42,245 nucleotides of DNA from Bacteroidales bacterium (GCA_035389045.1 DAOORA010000004.1:1-42245); one strand, 5' to 3'; counted from the stretch's first letter, positions 29,120-38,601 are shown. A program made the numbers and translations. Notes: a model not told the origin generated them from the sequence alone.

Positions 29120-29681
29120 AATAAAGGGGTTTTAATGATTAATTTATCCAGTATCAATGCCTATTCCAGATAAAACATAACAGGCTGCTAAAATATTGAT
29201 TTTTTTCAAATCCAATGTAAAAATAATCAGCATTTTTAATTACTCATTCAGCACTATCAATAACAAAAGTAAATATCTTAATTTGTTTCCCAGTCGCCGT
29301 GTGATAAGCCGCAGCAAACATCGTGCGTTACAAGAAAGCTGCTTTATTTACCGCCGCACGATTTCCCCGCCTGCCGTCGATGCCCTTATTGTTGGCATTC
29401 TTGGACATGAGCATCCTTTCACTATCAGTTCAGTGTTACCGGAAAATTTATTGGTTGACCGATCAAAGTGGCGGTGGACAGGCTCATTCACCGAAACAGG
29501 CTCAGCCACATGGGAATTAGAAGGCAGGATGGATAAATATTTTTTATTTTGTTTGTAAAAGGAAAATCATTGGTGTTTTCGGCCGAAGGGAGCAAATTGA
29601 TTTTCAAAACCTGCATGACTGGCTTAGTCGGTCAGTTACTTTTCGATATATGAAATATGTAAAAATACAGCACTATGATTA

Positions 29682-29846
29682 GGGCATCTCTGATACACCT
29701 CACCGGGGGCTTATAAAAACGAAAATTCGAGGCAGTCGGAGTTCTAAAAACCGCAGTGTGCTAAACGTACATGCCTGTGCTGAGCTTACCTGACACAAGG
29801 ATTTGAAGAACAAAGACGAACGAAGAACTTTGAAGTTTTTAGAGGT
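29682..29846. mobile_element. Degenerate MITE-like repeat
   Basis: Begins GGGCATCTCT and ends GTTTTTAGAGGT; 29761-29846 matches the reverse complement of 7715-7800 at 74/86 positions without gaps (hand count). Confidence 0.7.
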
Positions 29847-29999
29847 AAATATATAAATATTTAGTATTTATTTACACTACTGCAATTAAACCTATCAAAT
29901 GGGGTTAATAGATTTTTATTCTTGATTGTAAGAGAATATTTTTAAAATCAATTAAAATCAATAATTTTGCTTTTTAATGTAATTAACCAACACATTTAA

Positions 30000-30422
30000 A
30001 TGATGAATAAAAACCAAATTACTGATGCCATAGCAATTGAATTTAAAAAAATAGCAGCTGACAATTTTTTGCTCTGGCAAAATGCATTACTTAGCGGAAG
30101 TGCAGAACAGGTAGCTGAATTATATACGGAAACGGCAACTTTTCTTCCTACGGTTTCTGCAGAATATAAAAAAGGAAAAAACGGCGCAACATCCTACTTC
30201 AGACATTTTCTGGAAAAAAATCCATCAGGCAGTGTTGTTCTGGACGAAGTACAGGTAATAAACAAACAAAACTATGTACATTCAGGATTTTATAATTTTG
30301 AAGTCGGTCCTCCGGATAACAGGAAGGTGCTTGAAGCAAGGTTTACTTTTGTATGGGGGCTGAACGAATACGATGAATGGAAGATTTTACACCATCATTC
30401 ATCTCTAAAACCCACAATTTAA
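30000..30422 (+). CDS. NTF2-like COG4875/SgcJ-EcaC-type protein, candidate iota-class carbonic anhydrase
   Basis: WQNAL...VAELY...FLPTVS...YFRHFL...SGFYNF...ARFTFV...WKILHHHSS. Confidence 0.8.
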   Translation: MMNKNQITDAIAIEFKKIAADNFLLWQNALLSGSAEQVAELYTETATFLPTVSAEYKKGKNGATSYFRHFLEKNPSGSVVLDEVQVINKQNYVHSGFYNFEVGPPDNRKVLEARFTFVWGLNEYDEWKILHHHSSLKPTI

Positions 30423-30484
30423 CAAATTCATCCGTTTATTCCTGTTTTTTTTATACTTTTACTCCCAAAATAATAAAAATAATT

Positions 30485-30940
30485 ATGACTATGGATATGT
30501 ATAAACAAATTCTATCACAAGCCATACTCAATGAAATTGAAGCATATGAGTTTTATAAAAGTGCAGCAGAAAAATCCGCCAACGCTTCACTGAAAGAAAT
30601 TTTCAGCGAACTTGCCGAAGAGGAAAACAAACATAAAATTATGCTTGAAGCTTTCCTGAACAGCAATGTCACCGTCCTGAATTTTCATACAACAGCTGAT
30701 TACAAAGTTTCCGAGTCTGTTGAATTGCCTAAATTAACGCCTGATATGTCGTTTACTGATGGTCTTGCCCTGGCCATGAAGAAAGAAGAAGAAGCTATGG
30801 TGATGTATCAGAAATTCGCCGATGCAAGTTCAAGCGAAGAACAGAAACATGCTTTTATCCAACTTGCAAAAATGGAGCAAGGCCACAAGGCGCGGCTGGA
30901 AGAACTTTATACCAACACCGCCTATATCGAAGAATGGTAA
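30485..30940 (+). CDS. Ferritin-like (rubrerythrin-family) diiron protein
   Basis: AILNEIEAYEFY...EEENKH and AMKKEEEAMVMY...MEQGH repeats; no rubredoxin domain. Confidence 0.9.
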   Translation: MTMDMYKQILSQAILNEIEAYEFYKSAAEKSANASLKEIFSELAEEENKHKIMLEAFLNSNVTVLNFHTTADYKVSESVELPKLTPDMSFTDGLALAMKKEEEAMVMYQKFADASSSEEQKHAFIQLAKMEQGHKARLEELYTNTAYIEEW

Positions 30941-30996
30941 TTTACGGAATTTGCTGAGAACCATTTTCCCTGGGATTTAAAAAATCAAAAAAATTT

Positions 30997-32037
30997 TTAT
31001 CTCTCAACCATCAGATATTTTTCTTGTTTCGGATTTACATTGCCGATAAGAGTTGTATTTTTAAAACCTGATTTTTTAAAGGCTGAAACCACAGCAGATG
31101 TTTTTTCTTCAGGACAGGAAATCAACAAACCTCCTGATGTTTGCGCATCCATCAACAGCATTTTAAATTCATAAGGCAAGTTGGCAGCAAATACAATATC
31201 CTGCTCCACAAAGTCAAGGTTGCGAAAACAGGCTCCGGGTATACATCCCATTTGTAACAAACGGAGCGCACCGTCGAAAACAGGTACATTTCGTGCGTTA
31301 ATCTTTAAAGTTACTTTGCTGCCCATCGCCATTTTTAAAGCATGCCCGGCAAGTCCGAAACCTGTAACATCGGTCGCACACTTAATATGATGTTCCTGCA
31401 TAATCGCTGCTCCGGCCTTGTTAAGCTGTTTCATGCTTTGAATTACGCTATGGTATTCATTTTCAGTAGTTTCGCTGATTTTTTTTCCTGCAAGCACCGT
31501 ACCGCCACCTAAGGGTTTAGTGAGAATCAGCACATCACCCGGACAGGCAGCAGCATTAGTAATGATTTTTCCTGGATGAACAATGCCGGTAACCGCCAGC
31601 CCATATTTGGGAACATCGTCAACAATGGTATGCCCTCCGACTATCACTCCTCCGGCTTCTTTCACCTTATCAATACCTCCGCGCAAAATCTCTTTTAAAA
31701 TTTCCAAAGGAACTTTTGCCGGGAAAGCAACTATGTTAAGCGCTGTTATTACCTCTCCGCCCATGGCATACACATCGCTGAGGGCGTTGGCAGCCGCTAT
31801 TTGCCCAAATTCATAAGCATCAGAACAGAGAGGAGGAAAAAAATCAGTAGTTTGTATAAGAGCCATTTCATCACTTATTTGATACACCCCGGCATCGTCA
31901 TGGGTTTCAATGTCTATCAGCAGATTTTTATGTTTTATCTTTGGCAATCCGGTTAAGGCTTTGCTTAATTCCCCTGCAGCAAGTTTTGCAGAACACCCGC
32001 CATATTCTACCGTGGATAAAAGGTCAAATTTAGCCAT
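30997..32037 (-). CDS. selD: Selenide, water dikinase (selenophosphate synthetase), Cys form
   Basis: GGCSAK (TGT codon), DDAGVY, QTTDFF, AANALSDVYAMGG, GGHT, TDVTGFGLAGH, DAQTSGGLL. Confidence 0.96.
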   Translation of the reverse strand: MAKFDLLSTVEYGGCSAKLAAGELSKALTGLPKIKHKNLLIDIETHDDAGVYQISDEMALIQTTDFFPPLCSDAYEFGQIAAANALSDVYAMGGEVITALNIVAFPAKVPLEILKEILRGGIDKVKEAGGVIVGGHTIVDDVPKYGLAVTGIVHPGKIITNAAACPGDVLILTKPLGGGTVLAGKKISETTENEYHSVIQSMKQLNKAGAAIMQEHHIKCATDVTGFGLAGHALKMAMGSKVTLKINARNVPVFDGALRLLQMGCIPGACFRNLDFVEQDIVFAANLPYEFKMLLMDAQTSGGLLISCPEEKTSAVVSAFKKSGFKNTTLIGNVNPKQEKYLMVER

Positions 32038-32042
32038 AAGTA

Positions 32043-32273
32043 TTATTTTTCGTAAACAGAAAATTCAATATTGTTATTTTCCAAAATCTCCGCAAATTCA
32101 CTTCTTTTATGCAGTGAAACAAGTATCCTTATGGACATACCGCAATCTGAAGTTATTTCTTTGGGTGTGGGGATAATATCGAGTTTCACCTTGGCCGAAA
32201 GGAGCAATTGTTCAGCTTTCAGTACCTTATGGGTAGAATTAAAAATCAGAATATAATAGTTCACTATTTGCAA
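32043..32273 (-). CDS. DUF3343-family putative Se/S carrier protein
   Basis: FNSTHKVLKAE...IIPTPKEITSDCGMSI; start uncertain (TTG 32273 or GTG 32264). Confidence 0.8.
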   Translation of the reverse strand: MQIVNYYILIFNSTHKVLKAEQLLLSAKVKLDIIPTPKEITSDCGMSIRILVSLHKRSEFAEILENNNIEFSVYEK

Positions 32274-32291
32274 CTAAGATTAATACTGCTT

Positions 32292-32900
32292 TCATGGATA
32301 AATGACACTGCCCGCCATGCTTAGACGGTTAAGAATATCGTACATATTTGAAACCATGCCTACACCTACTTCATCTTTTTTCTTATAAAAATCAAGGCAG
32401 GTACCGCAAACAAGAATCTCAACACCGTCACTTTCAAGTTTTTTGAGACTATCAAGTACAACAGCATCTTTTAACGTCAGAAAAATACCCGAATTAAGGA
32501 ATAGTAGTTTTGACGGCTTGTTTTCGATTTCAGGCAAGGTATTTATAAATGCCTTAAGCAGAATTTTACCAAGTTCGGGGTCTCCATCACCAAGAAAATT
32601 TCGTTGAAAAGCAATTACATAATCAGAAGTTCCCGCGGTTGAGATTTCGCAATAATCCTCAGATTTTGAATATTTTGAAAATTCTCCAGTTTTATTTACA
32701 AACAGATGAAACACACCCGCCAATGTTTGAATGATTGTTTTCATTCCGTTGTCTTCCAAAAAACGGGTAACATTCTTCAGGGAGGTTTCATTATCAATCA
32801 GGATTTCCAGCGTTTCATCAACGGCAATTTCTTCTAAAGCTTTTTTAGCCATTATCAATGGCATGGGACATTGCTTTCCTTTAGCATCGATTGTTTTCAT
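32292..32900 (-). CDS. yedF: Sulfurtransferase-like selenium metabolism protein YedF (TusA + DsrE domains)
   Basis: IDAKGKQCPMPLIMAKKAL; LGDGDPELGKILLKAF; LNSG; VCGTCLDFY; SNMYDI. Confidence 0.9.
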   Translation of the reverse strand: MKTIDAKGKQCPMPLIMAKKALEEIAVDETLEILIDNETSLKNVTRFLEDNGMKTIIQTLAGVFHLFVNKTGEFSKYSKSEDYCEISTAGTSDYVIAFQRNFLGDGDPELGKILLKAFINTLPEIENKPSKLLFLNSGIFLTLKDAVVLDSLKKLESDGVEILVCGTCLDFYKKKDEVGVGMVSNMYDILNRLSMAGSVIYP

Positions 32901-34045
32901 ATATTACCTGTTATTTTCTTAAATGCCCTTATTGTATATGTAATTTCTTCTTCGGTATTGAAACAGCCCAGACTCAGTCTCAGTGTTCCCTGCGGAAAAG
33001 TCCCCAGCGACTTATGTGCCAAAGGGGAGCAATGCAGGCCTGCACGTGCCAAAATACCATAATCCCGGTCAAGCATCAATGCGAGTTCGCTGGATAGCAA
33101 ACCATCAACATTTAATGACACCAGAGGCAATCTGTTATCACCAGAATCTGGTCCATACAGGGTGATATGATCTATTTCTTTCAGTTGGCTAAGAAAATAC
33201 GACATCAGTTGATTAAGATGCTCACGTATAATGTCAGTCCCCTTCTCCTTCAGGTATTCCAATCCGGCTTTTAAGCCAACAATACCAACTGTATTAATGG
33301 TTCCTGCTTCCAGGCGGTCGGGATAGAAGCCGGGGTGAAATTCCTCATCAGATTTGCTGCCGGTTCCGCCATGGATAAGCGTATCAATGGACAGATCGCT
33401 ATTGATGCATAAACCGCCAATACCCGGAGGCCCATATAATTTCTTATGCCCAGTGAAAATAAGAATATCAATATTGTCTTTTTGCATGTCAACAGGAATG
33501 AAACCGGAAGTCTGAGCTGCATCCGTCATAAAAATGATTTGCTTCTCATTGCATAGTTTCCCTATGTGGCTAACAGGCATTACAGCCCCGCATACATTTG
33601 AGCCATGGATGCATACTACAAGCTTTGTATTCGGTTTTATGCTTTCTGTAAATTTCTGCAGACTGAAATACGCTGTTTCGTCAGCTGGTATAACAGTAAT
33701 TTCAATCATTCCAAGGCTTTCAAGGTATCGCAACGGCCGGATAACAGAATTATGTTCAAAATTACTCACGATAACATGGTCGCCTTTTTTCAACAGGCCT
33801 TTGATGGCTATGTTGATGGCATGAGTAGCATTTGCCGTAAATATTACCTTTTCAGAATTCCTCACATTAAAAAAAGACGCCAATAATTCTCTGGTTTCAA
33901 AAACCTGCCGTGCAGCCTGTAACGACATGCTGTGCCCCGACCGTCCGGGACTTGCGCCATAATCATCAAGATAAGCTGTGATAGCCTTAGCTACCGTCGG
34001 CGGTTTGGGCCACGAAGTGGCCGAATTATCAAGGTAAACTTTCAT
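32897..34045 (-). CDS. Cysteine desulfurase / selenocysteine lyase family (class V PLP enzyme)
   Basis: YLDNSATSWPKP, EHNS, DAAQT, FTGHK, EAGT, RAGLHCSP. Confidence 0.92.
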   Translation of the reverse strand: MKVYLDNSATSWPKPPTVAKAITAYLDDYGASPGRSGHSMSLQAARQVFETRELLASFFNVRNSEKVIFTANATHAINIAIKGLLKKGDHVIVSNFEHNSVIRPLRYLESLGMIEITVIPADETAYFSLQKFTESIKPNTKLVVCIHGSNVCGAVMPVSHIGKLCNEKQIIFMTDAAQTSGFIPVDMQKDNIDILIFTGHKKLYGPPGIGGLCINSDLSIDTLIHGGTGSKSDEEFHPGFYPDRLEAGTINTVGIVGLKAGLEYLKEKGTDIIREHLNQLMSYFLSQLKEIDHITLYGPDSGDNRLPLVSLNVDGLLSSELALMLDRDYGILARAGLHCSPLAHKSLGTFPQGTLRLSLGCFNTEEEITYTIRAFKKITGNI

Positions 34046-36011
34046 GCAATAATTTTTTCCCGTTTTGAGTAATCATGATTCTGGTTTCAACATCAGCGCC
34101 ACGTTGCACGGCAATGATTTTTTCCGCTTCGTAAATATCTGCCAGCAAAGCCCTGAATCGTTTCGTCCCTCCGATAATTTCCTTAAATTCTTCTATCTCA
34201 AGACCTGTTTCCTTGGTCGAAAGTTCCTTCAGAAGCTGTAAGCGAAAGTGATCAAGAACCGAAGTATGAATAAAATCATTCTGAAAAAAACGCACCTTAC
34301 CTTCGCTTACCAGGTTACTGAGATACATTTTAATTTTTTGCTTTGTGATATTTTTTGATGCTGCAAGCTCTTCTATTTCAGATAACACAGGCTTTCCGGT
34401 ATCATACCTGAGTATTTCATTTTCAAGCCATTGGATTTCCTCTCTTGTCTGTTTATCCATTACAGCTTTATGCCCCGCTATTATCCACGTGTTTCGGAAA
34501 GCATCAATAAGCTTTTCCGATTTCATTTTAGCAAGCAGAAAATCGAGGTAGGGCTTGCCAGCCTTTATTTTTGATAAACCCAGTTTGCCGATTACCTCAT
34601 TTGTTTCGAGCCCATGATGAAATATGGGAAATTTGTTATGATATTCCTGTAGAATTTTAACAACTTTGTTTTTTAAAACCTTTTCATAATTGAAGTTTAT
34701 CAATATATCACCTTCGGCAGATCTGTAAATACAGAATCCGGATGATACGATATCTTTATCATCAGGCATATCATCTGTTTTCAGGTGAAGTTTTTCGACG
34801 ATCTCACTTACAGTATGTGGCCTGAATTCTTTTTTCAGTTCGGTATTGATGATTTCCACGATACTGTTTTCGCTGCTTGATCCGGCAGCCAGCTGTGTTA
34901 AAGTCTCAATAAGTTCGGTAGTTCTTTTTTTATGGTGCAGCGGGTTGCTGTCAATAACAAATCCGCCACCCAGGGTAATCTCTCCCGAAGAATTCCGGAT
35001 AATAAACCTGTCTTTGTTCAACAACACAGCATCCTTAGAAAGATGCATCTGCACGATGGCTTCGTCACCGCCCTCACATATATCTTTGTTTAACAAATGA
35101 ACTCTGGCTGTGCACTCAAAAGTTCCGGAAATAAAAATCACGTTCGACCATAAATTCAGTGAAATATCATCATTAAAAAGAGAAATTTTGGCATCCACCA
35201 TGGAAGTTGTCCTGAGCTGTTTTTCCGAAATCAGCATTCCGCGTTCAAAATCTTCATTTTTCAGTCCGATTAAATTAATAGCAGCCCTGTCTCCTGCAAC
35301 AACTTTTTCGACAGGCACACCATGTCTTTCCATTGACCGTATTCTTAATTTTTTGTTTTCGCCCGGCAGTAAAAAAACATCTTTCCCTGTTTCGATACTC
35401 CCCCCTGATACGGAGCCTGTCACCACATTTCCAAAACCTTTTATTGTAAATATCCTGTCGATATACATTCTGAAAATGCCATCGGGTTCTTCAGGTTCTA
35501 TCAGTGAAACTACATTTTCTATCGCTTGAATCAATTCAGGTTTTCCTTTTCCTGTCACACAAGAAATCCCGACCACCGGAGATCCTTTCAGCGAAGTATT
35601 TTCCAGATAATCGGAAATTTCATACCTGGCCATTTCTATCAGTTCATCATCCACTAAATCTGTTTTGGTAAGAGCCACTACCCCTTTGTTAATGCCCAGG
35701 GCGGTAACAATATTGATATGTTCGACTGTCTGGGGCATGATACCGCTATCGGCAGCAATAACAAGTAAAACCAAGTCGATACCACATGCACCGCCCACCA
35801 TAGTGTTAATAAAATCTTTATGGCCCGGCACATCAATGATTCCCAGTGACTCTCCGCCAGGCAGATTCAGCGCCGAAAATCCAAGATTGATAGTAATACC
35901 TCTTCTTTTCTCTTCTTCATGAGTGTCGCAGTCAACATCAGTCAGGACTTTAATAAGAGAAGTTTTCCCATGATCAATATGTCCGGCTGTTCCCATTATC
36001 AGGTGTTTCAT
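34029..36011 (-). CDS. selB: Selenocysteine-specific elongation factor
   Basis: GTAGHIDHGKT, RGITINLGF, DVPGH, IDRIF...GFGNVVTG, GDRAAIN, TLGGG, long C-terminal extension; follows selA. Confidence 0.93.
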   Translation of the reverse strand: MKHLIMGTAGHIDHGKTSLIKVLTDVDCDTHEEEKRRGITINLGFSALNLPGGESLGIIDVPGHKDFINTMVGGACGIDLVLLVIAADSGIMPQTVEHINIVTALGINKGVVALTKTDLVDDELIEMARYEISDYLENTSLKGSPVVGISCVTGKGKPELIQAIENVVSLIEPEEPDGIFRMYIDRIFTIKGFGNVVTGSVSGGSIETGKDVFLLPGENKKLRIRSMERHGVPVEKVVAGDRAAINLIGLKNEDFERGMLISEKQLRTTSMVDAKISLFNDDISLNLWSNVIFISGTFECTARVHLLNKDICEGGDEAIVQMHLSKDAVLLNKDRFIIRNSSGEITLGGGFVIDSNPLHHKKRTTELIETLTQLAAGSSSENSIVEIINTELKKEFRPHTVSEIVEKLHLKTDDMPDDKDIVSSGFCIYRSAEGDILINFNYEKVLKNKVVKILQEYHNKFPIFHHGLETNEVIGKLGLSKIKAGKPYLDFLLAKMKSEKLIDAFRNTWIIAGHKAVMDKQTREEIQWLENEILRYDTGKPVLSEIEELAASKNITKQKIKMYLSNLVSEGKVRFFQNDFIHTSVLDHFRLQLLKELSTKETGLEIEEFKEIIGGTKRFRALLADIYEAEKIIAVQRGADVETRIMITQNGKKLLHESLP

Positions 36012-36022
36012 CTCGCTGCTGT

Positions 36023-37444
36023 TTAGTTTATATTCAACAAAACATTTTTGTGGGTTTCGGAAATAATTCCGGCAACCGTTTCCATTTCATTACTTTCCAG
36101 TGTCAGCACATCAAATAAAACAGCTCCCTGTTTGAGAATTCCCAGCACAGGTAATGGTTGTTGCAACAGTCCGCTGTACATTTTTTCGGCATATTCGGAC
36201 CGTATTTTGTTTGCAGCCTTTAGTTTTATCTTTACTGCATAACTTTCAATGACTGTATCAGGCATGGTTCCCCCGCCGCATTGTCCGAAAGAAGATACGA
36301 TCTCTGTATCCACTCCTTTGTCATTAAGTATTTTTTGAAAAGTTTTTGCTTTGTTTTTCAGTTCACTTTTCGGTGTACTCAACATTCTGAAAACCATATT
36401 TTTTTCTTTCAGCAGCTTCTCATTAAGATAATAAGTGCAAGCTGTTTCAAGAAATGCCGTAGTAGCTTTACACACCCGGAGCGCCCGCATCATGGGTTCT
36501 TTTTTTAATATGTCTGTGAATATTTTTTTCCCGGCGATCATTCCGGCCTGCGGGCCTCCTAAGAGTTTGTCACCACTGAAACAAACCAGGTCAACACCTT
36601 TCTCAAGCGAACTTCTTACATCGGGTTCATTTTCAAATGCCGGAATATCCATTTTTCTGAGCAAACCAGAGCCAAGGTCATAAACTACAGGTATATGGTA
36701 CTGTTTCCCTATGTTAACCAGTTCCGGCAGTTCCACTTCCTGAGTGAATCCTTTAATCACATAATTGGATTTATGGGCTTTAAAAAGAACGGAAGTATTT
36801 TCATTGATTGCTTTAATATAATCCTGAGCTCTGGTATTATTGGTAGTTCCTACTTCCACCATTTGGCAATCAGCAGCAGCCATGATCTCAGGTATTCTGA
36901 AAGAACCTCCGATTTCAATCAGCTCCCCTCTGGATATGATGACCTCCCTACCCCTGGCAAAAGTTCTGAGAATAAGCATTACGGCGGCTGCATTATTATT
37001 TACTATTAAAACATCCTCTGCTCCGGTAAGAAACTTCAATAATTCGGCGGCGTGCTCATCGCGGTGACCCCTGGCGCCTTGCTGCAGGTCAAATTCGAGG
37101 TTGCTATAACCTTTCAGTATCTCTGAGGAATCTGCCAGCAGATGCTCTCCGAAGGGGGCACGCCCTATGTTGGTATGAATTATCACACCGGTGGCATTGA
37201 TCACTTTTTTCAGGCTTCTTCCTGCGAACATCTTTGATAAGCTCATTATCTTATCGCTGATCTCGGTCGTAGTAGGCGGGGAATTTCCCTGTTTGATTTT
37301 TTCTCTGTAAAAAGATAATGCCTGCCTGATCGAAAAGGTAATTACTTCTTTCCCATATTCGCAAATACAGGAACGAACTTCCGGCAGCGCCAGAAGCGTA
37401 TTAACAGCTGGAAGGCGTTTGAATGCCTCCGGGTTTGAATTCAT
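36023..37444 (-). CDS. selA: L-seryl-tRNA(Sec) selenium transferase
   Basis: VINATGVIIHTNIGRAP, NLEFDL, VNNNAAA, ISRGELIEIGGSFRIP, EVGTTN, DLGSG, FSGDKLLGGPQAG. Confidence 0.97.
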   Translation of the reverse strand: MNSNPEAFKRLPAVNTLLALPEVRSCICEYGKEVITFSIRQALSFYREKIKQGNSPPTTTEISDKIMSLSKMFAGRSLKKVINATGVIIHTNIGRAPFGEHLLADSSEILKGYSNLEFDLQQGARGHRDEHAAELLKFLTGAEDVLIVNNNAAAVMLILRTFARGREVIISRGELIEIGGSFRIPEIMAAADCQMVEVGTTNNTRAQDYIKAINENTSVLFKAHKSNYVIKGFTQEVELPELVNIGKQYHIPVVYDLGSGLLRKMDIPAFENEPDVRSSLEKGVDLVCFSGDKLLGGPQAGMIAGKKIFTDILKKEPMMRALRVCKATTAFLETACTYYLNEKLLKEKNMVFRMLSTPKSELKNKAKTFQKILNDKGVDTEIVSSFGQCGGGTMPDTVIESYAVKIKLKAANKIRSEYAEKMYSGLLQQPLPVLGILKQGAVLFDVLTLESNEMETVAGIISETHKNVLLNIN

Positions 37445-37479
37445 GATTTGTTATAAAAATATTTCATGACACCATGTTG

Positions 37480-37571
37480 CAGAGAGGGCAGGAATCGAAC
37501 CTGCCACAGCCGATTTTATACGTCTGCTACCGGTTTTGAAGACCGGCCGAAACACCAGATTCTTCCTCTCT
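37480..37571 (-). tRNA. selC: tRNA-Sec (anticodon UCA)
   Basis: Hand fold: AGAGAGG/CCTCTCT acceptor; GAATC-TGGT-GTTTC D arm; GCCGGT-CTTCAAA-ACCGGT anticodon arm; long variable arm; GCAGG-TTCGATT-CCTGC T arm; G discriminator; CCA not encoded. Lies directly upstream of selA, with a TAATTTTG box at 37610-37617. Confidence 0.95.
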
Positions 37572-37671
37572 TTTTGTTAACAGTTCAACTAACTGATTTG
37601 ATTACACCGCAAAATTAAATTAATATTTTAAACCAAAAGTAGTTTTGTGCTGAAACTTTGATAATGAAACT

Positions 37672-38601
37672 TTACTCAGCTATCTTGTCTTGTTTATTAT
37701 CCTGAGGTTTTTCAGCGTTTTTTTTCTGCAATTCCATTGTGAGGGCTGCAATACCTGACAAGCCGCCCAACTGCATGGAATCCACCGCAGAACTGGGCAC
37801 AATTACAATGGTCGAATTCTGTTTTAATCCTTCATAAAGCATATTCATCGCCCTGAGGTGCAAAGCAGTAGGATTATCAGCATACGTTTTTGCGGCCTCG
37901 CCAAATTTATCGGCCACTTGCTTTTCAGAATCTCCCAGTATCACACGTGCCTGCCTTTCGCGCTCAGCTTGTGCCTGCATCGACATGGCGTCTTCCAAGG
38001 CCGAAGGAATCAGCACATCTTTCACCTCCACAGATATCACATTGACGCCCCATGGCTCTGTGCGATCGTCTATTATTTTCTGAAGTTCATGGCTGATTTT
38101 TTCCCGACCTTCGAGCATGTCCGAAAGCATTGTCTTTCCGATGACATCCCTCAATGCCGTTTGCGAAGCCCAGGAAATAGCCGTTTGATATTCAGCAACA
38201 TCCAGCGCCGCCTTTTTCGGATCAATTACTTTCCAGAACAACACGGCATCCACATCCACAGGTACCGTGTCTTTAGTCAGTGTCTTTTCGGTTTTAAAAT
38301 TGGTGGTAATTACACGGGTATCAATCCAGTATGCGATAGTATCAATTACCGGTATAATAAAAAACAGCCCGGGACCTTTAAGTGCACGAAATTTTCCCAA
38401 CCTCAACAATACCGCTTTTTCCCATTGATTTGCCACTTTAATGGATGAAGTAACAAGTCCGGCAATCAATAAGGTTACAACAGAAGTCCAGATGGCAAAA
38501 GAATAGGACTCCTGACCGGAGTAATTGGCATAAATTACCCAAAAGCCTATGCCAACAATAATTACAAAAATAAGGCTTGCAAAATAATTGATTTTTCTCA
38601 T
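37672..38601 (-). CDS. SPFH/band-7 (stomatin-like, slipin) membrane protein
   Basis: Two TM helices, QWEKAVLLRLG, GPGLFFIIP, LTKDTVPVDVDAV, QAQAERERQA; GGAGGA upstream of ATG 38601. Confidence 0.92.
   Translation of the reverse strand: MRKINYFASLIFVIIVGIGFWVIYANYSGQESYSFAIWTSVVTLLIAGLVTSSIKVANQWEKAVLLRLGKFRALKGPGLFFIIPVIDTIAYWIDTRVITTNFKTEKTLTKDTVPVDVDAVLFWKVIDPKKAALDVAEYQTAISWASQTALRDVIGKTMLSDMLEGREKISHELQKIIDDRTEPWGVNVISVEVKDVLIPSALEDAMSMQAQAERERQARVILGDSEKQVADKFGEAAKTYADNPTALHLRAMNMLYEGLKQNSTIVIVPSSAVDSMQLGGLSGIAALTMELQKKNAEKPQDNKQDKIAE

Noticed and set aside
29196..29558. 120-aa ORF
   Set aside because: TTG start, no recognisable domain, composition unlike the real genes.
29560..29615. 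Resemblance to the tRNA-Sec D and anticodon arms (TGGTGTTTTCGGCCG...TTCAAAACC), a possible att remnant
   Set aside because: Needs a gap of more than 10 nt, lacks the T arm and 3' end typical of att sites, and no integrase is present; probably chance.
31985..32010. SelD as a selenoprotein
   Set aside because: The active-site codon is TGT (Cys) and the frame has no internal UGA.
32270..32294. Sec read-through at other TGA stops (yedF, tpx, selB, hydC, LuxR regulator)
   Set aside because: They fall at natural C-termini, with no Cys-equivalent position and no evident SECIS.
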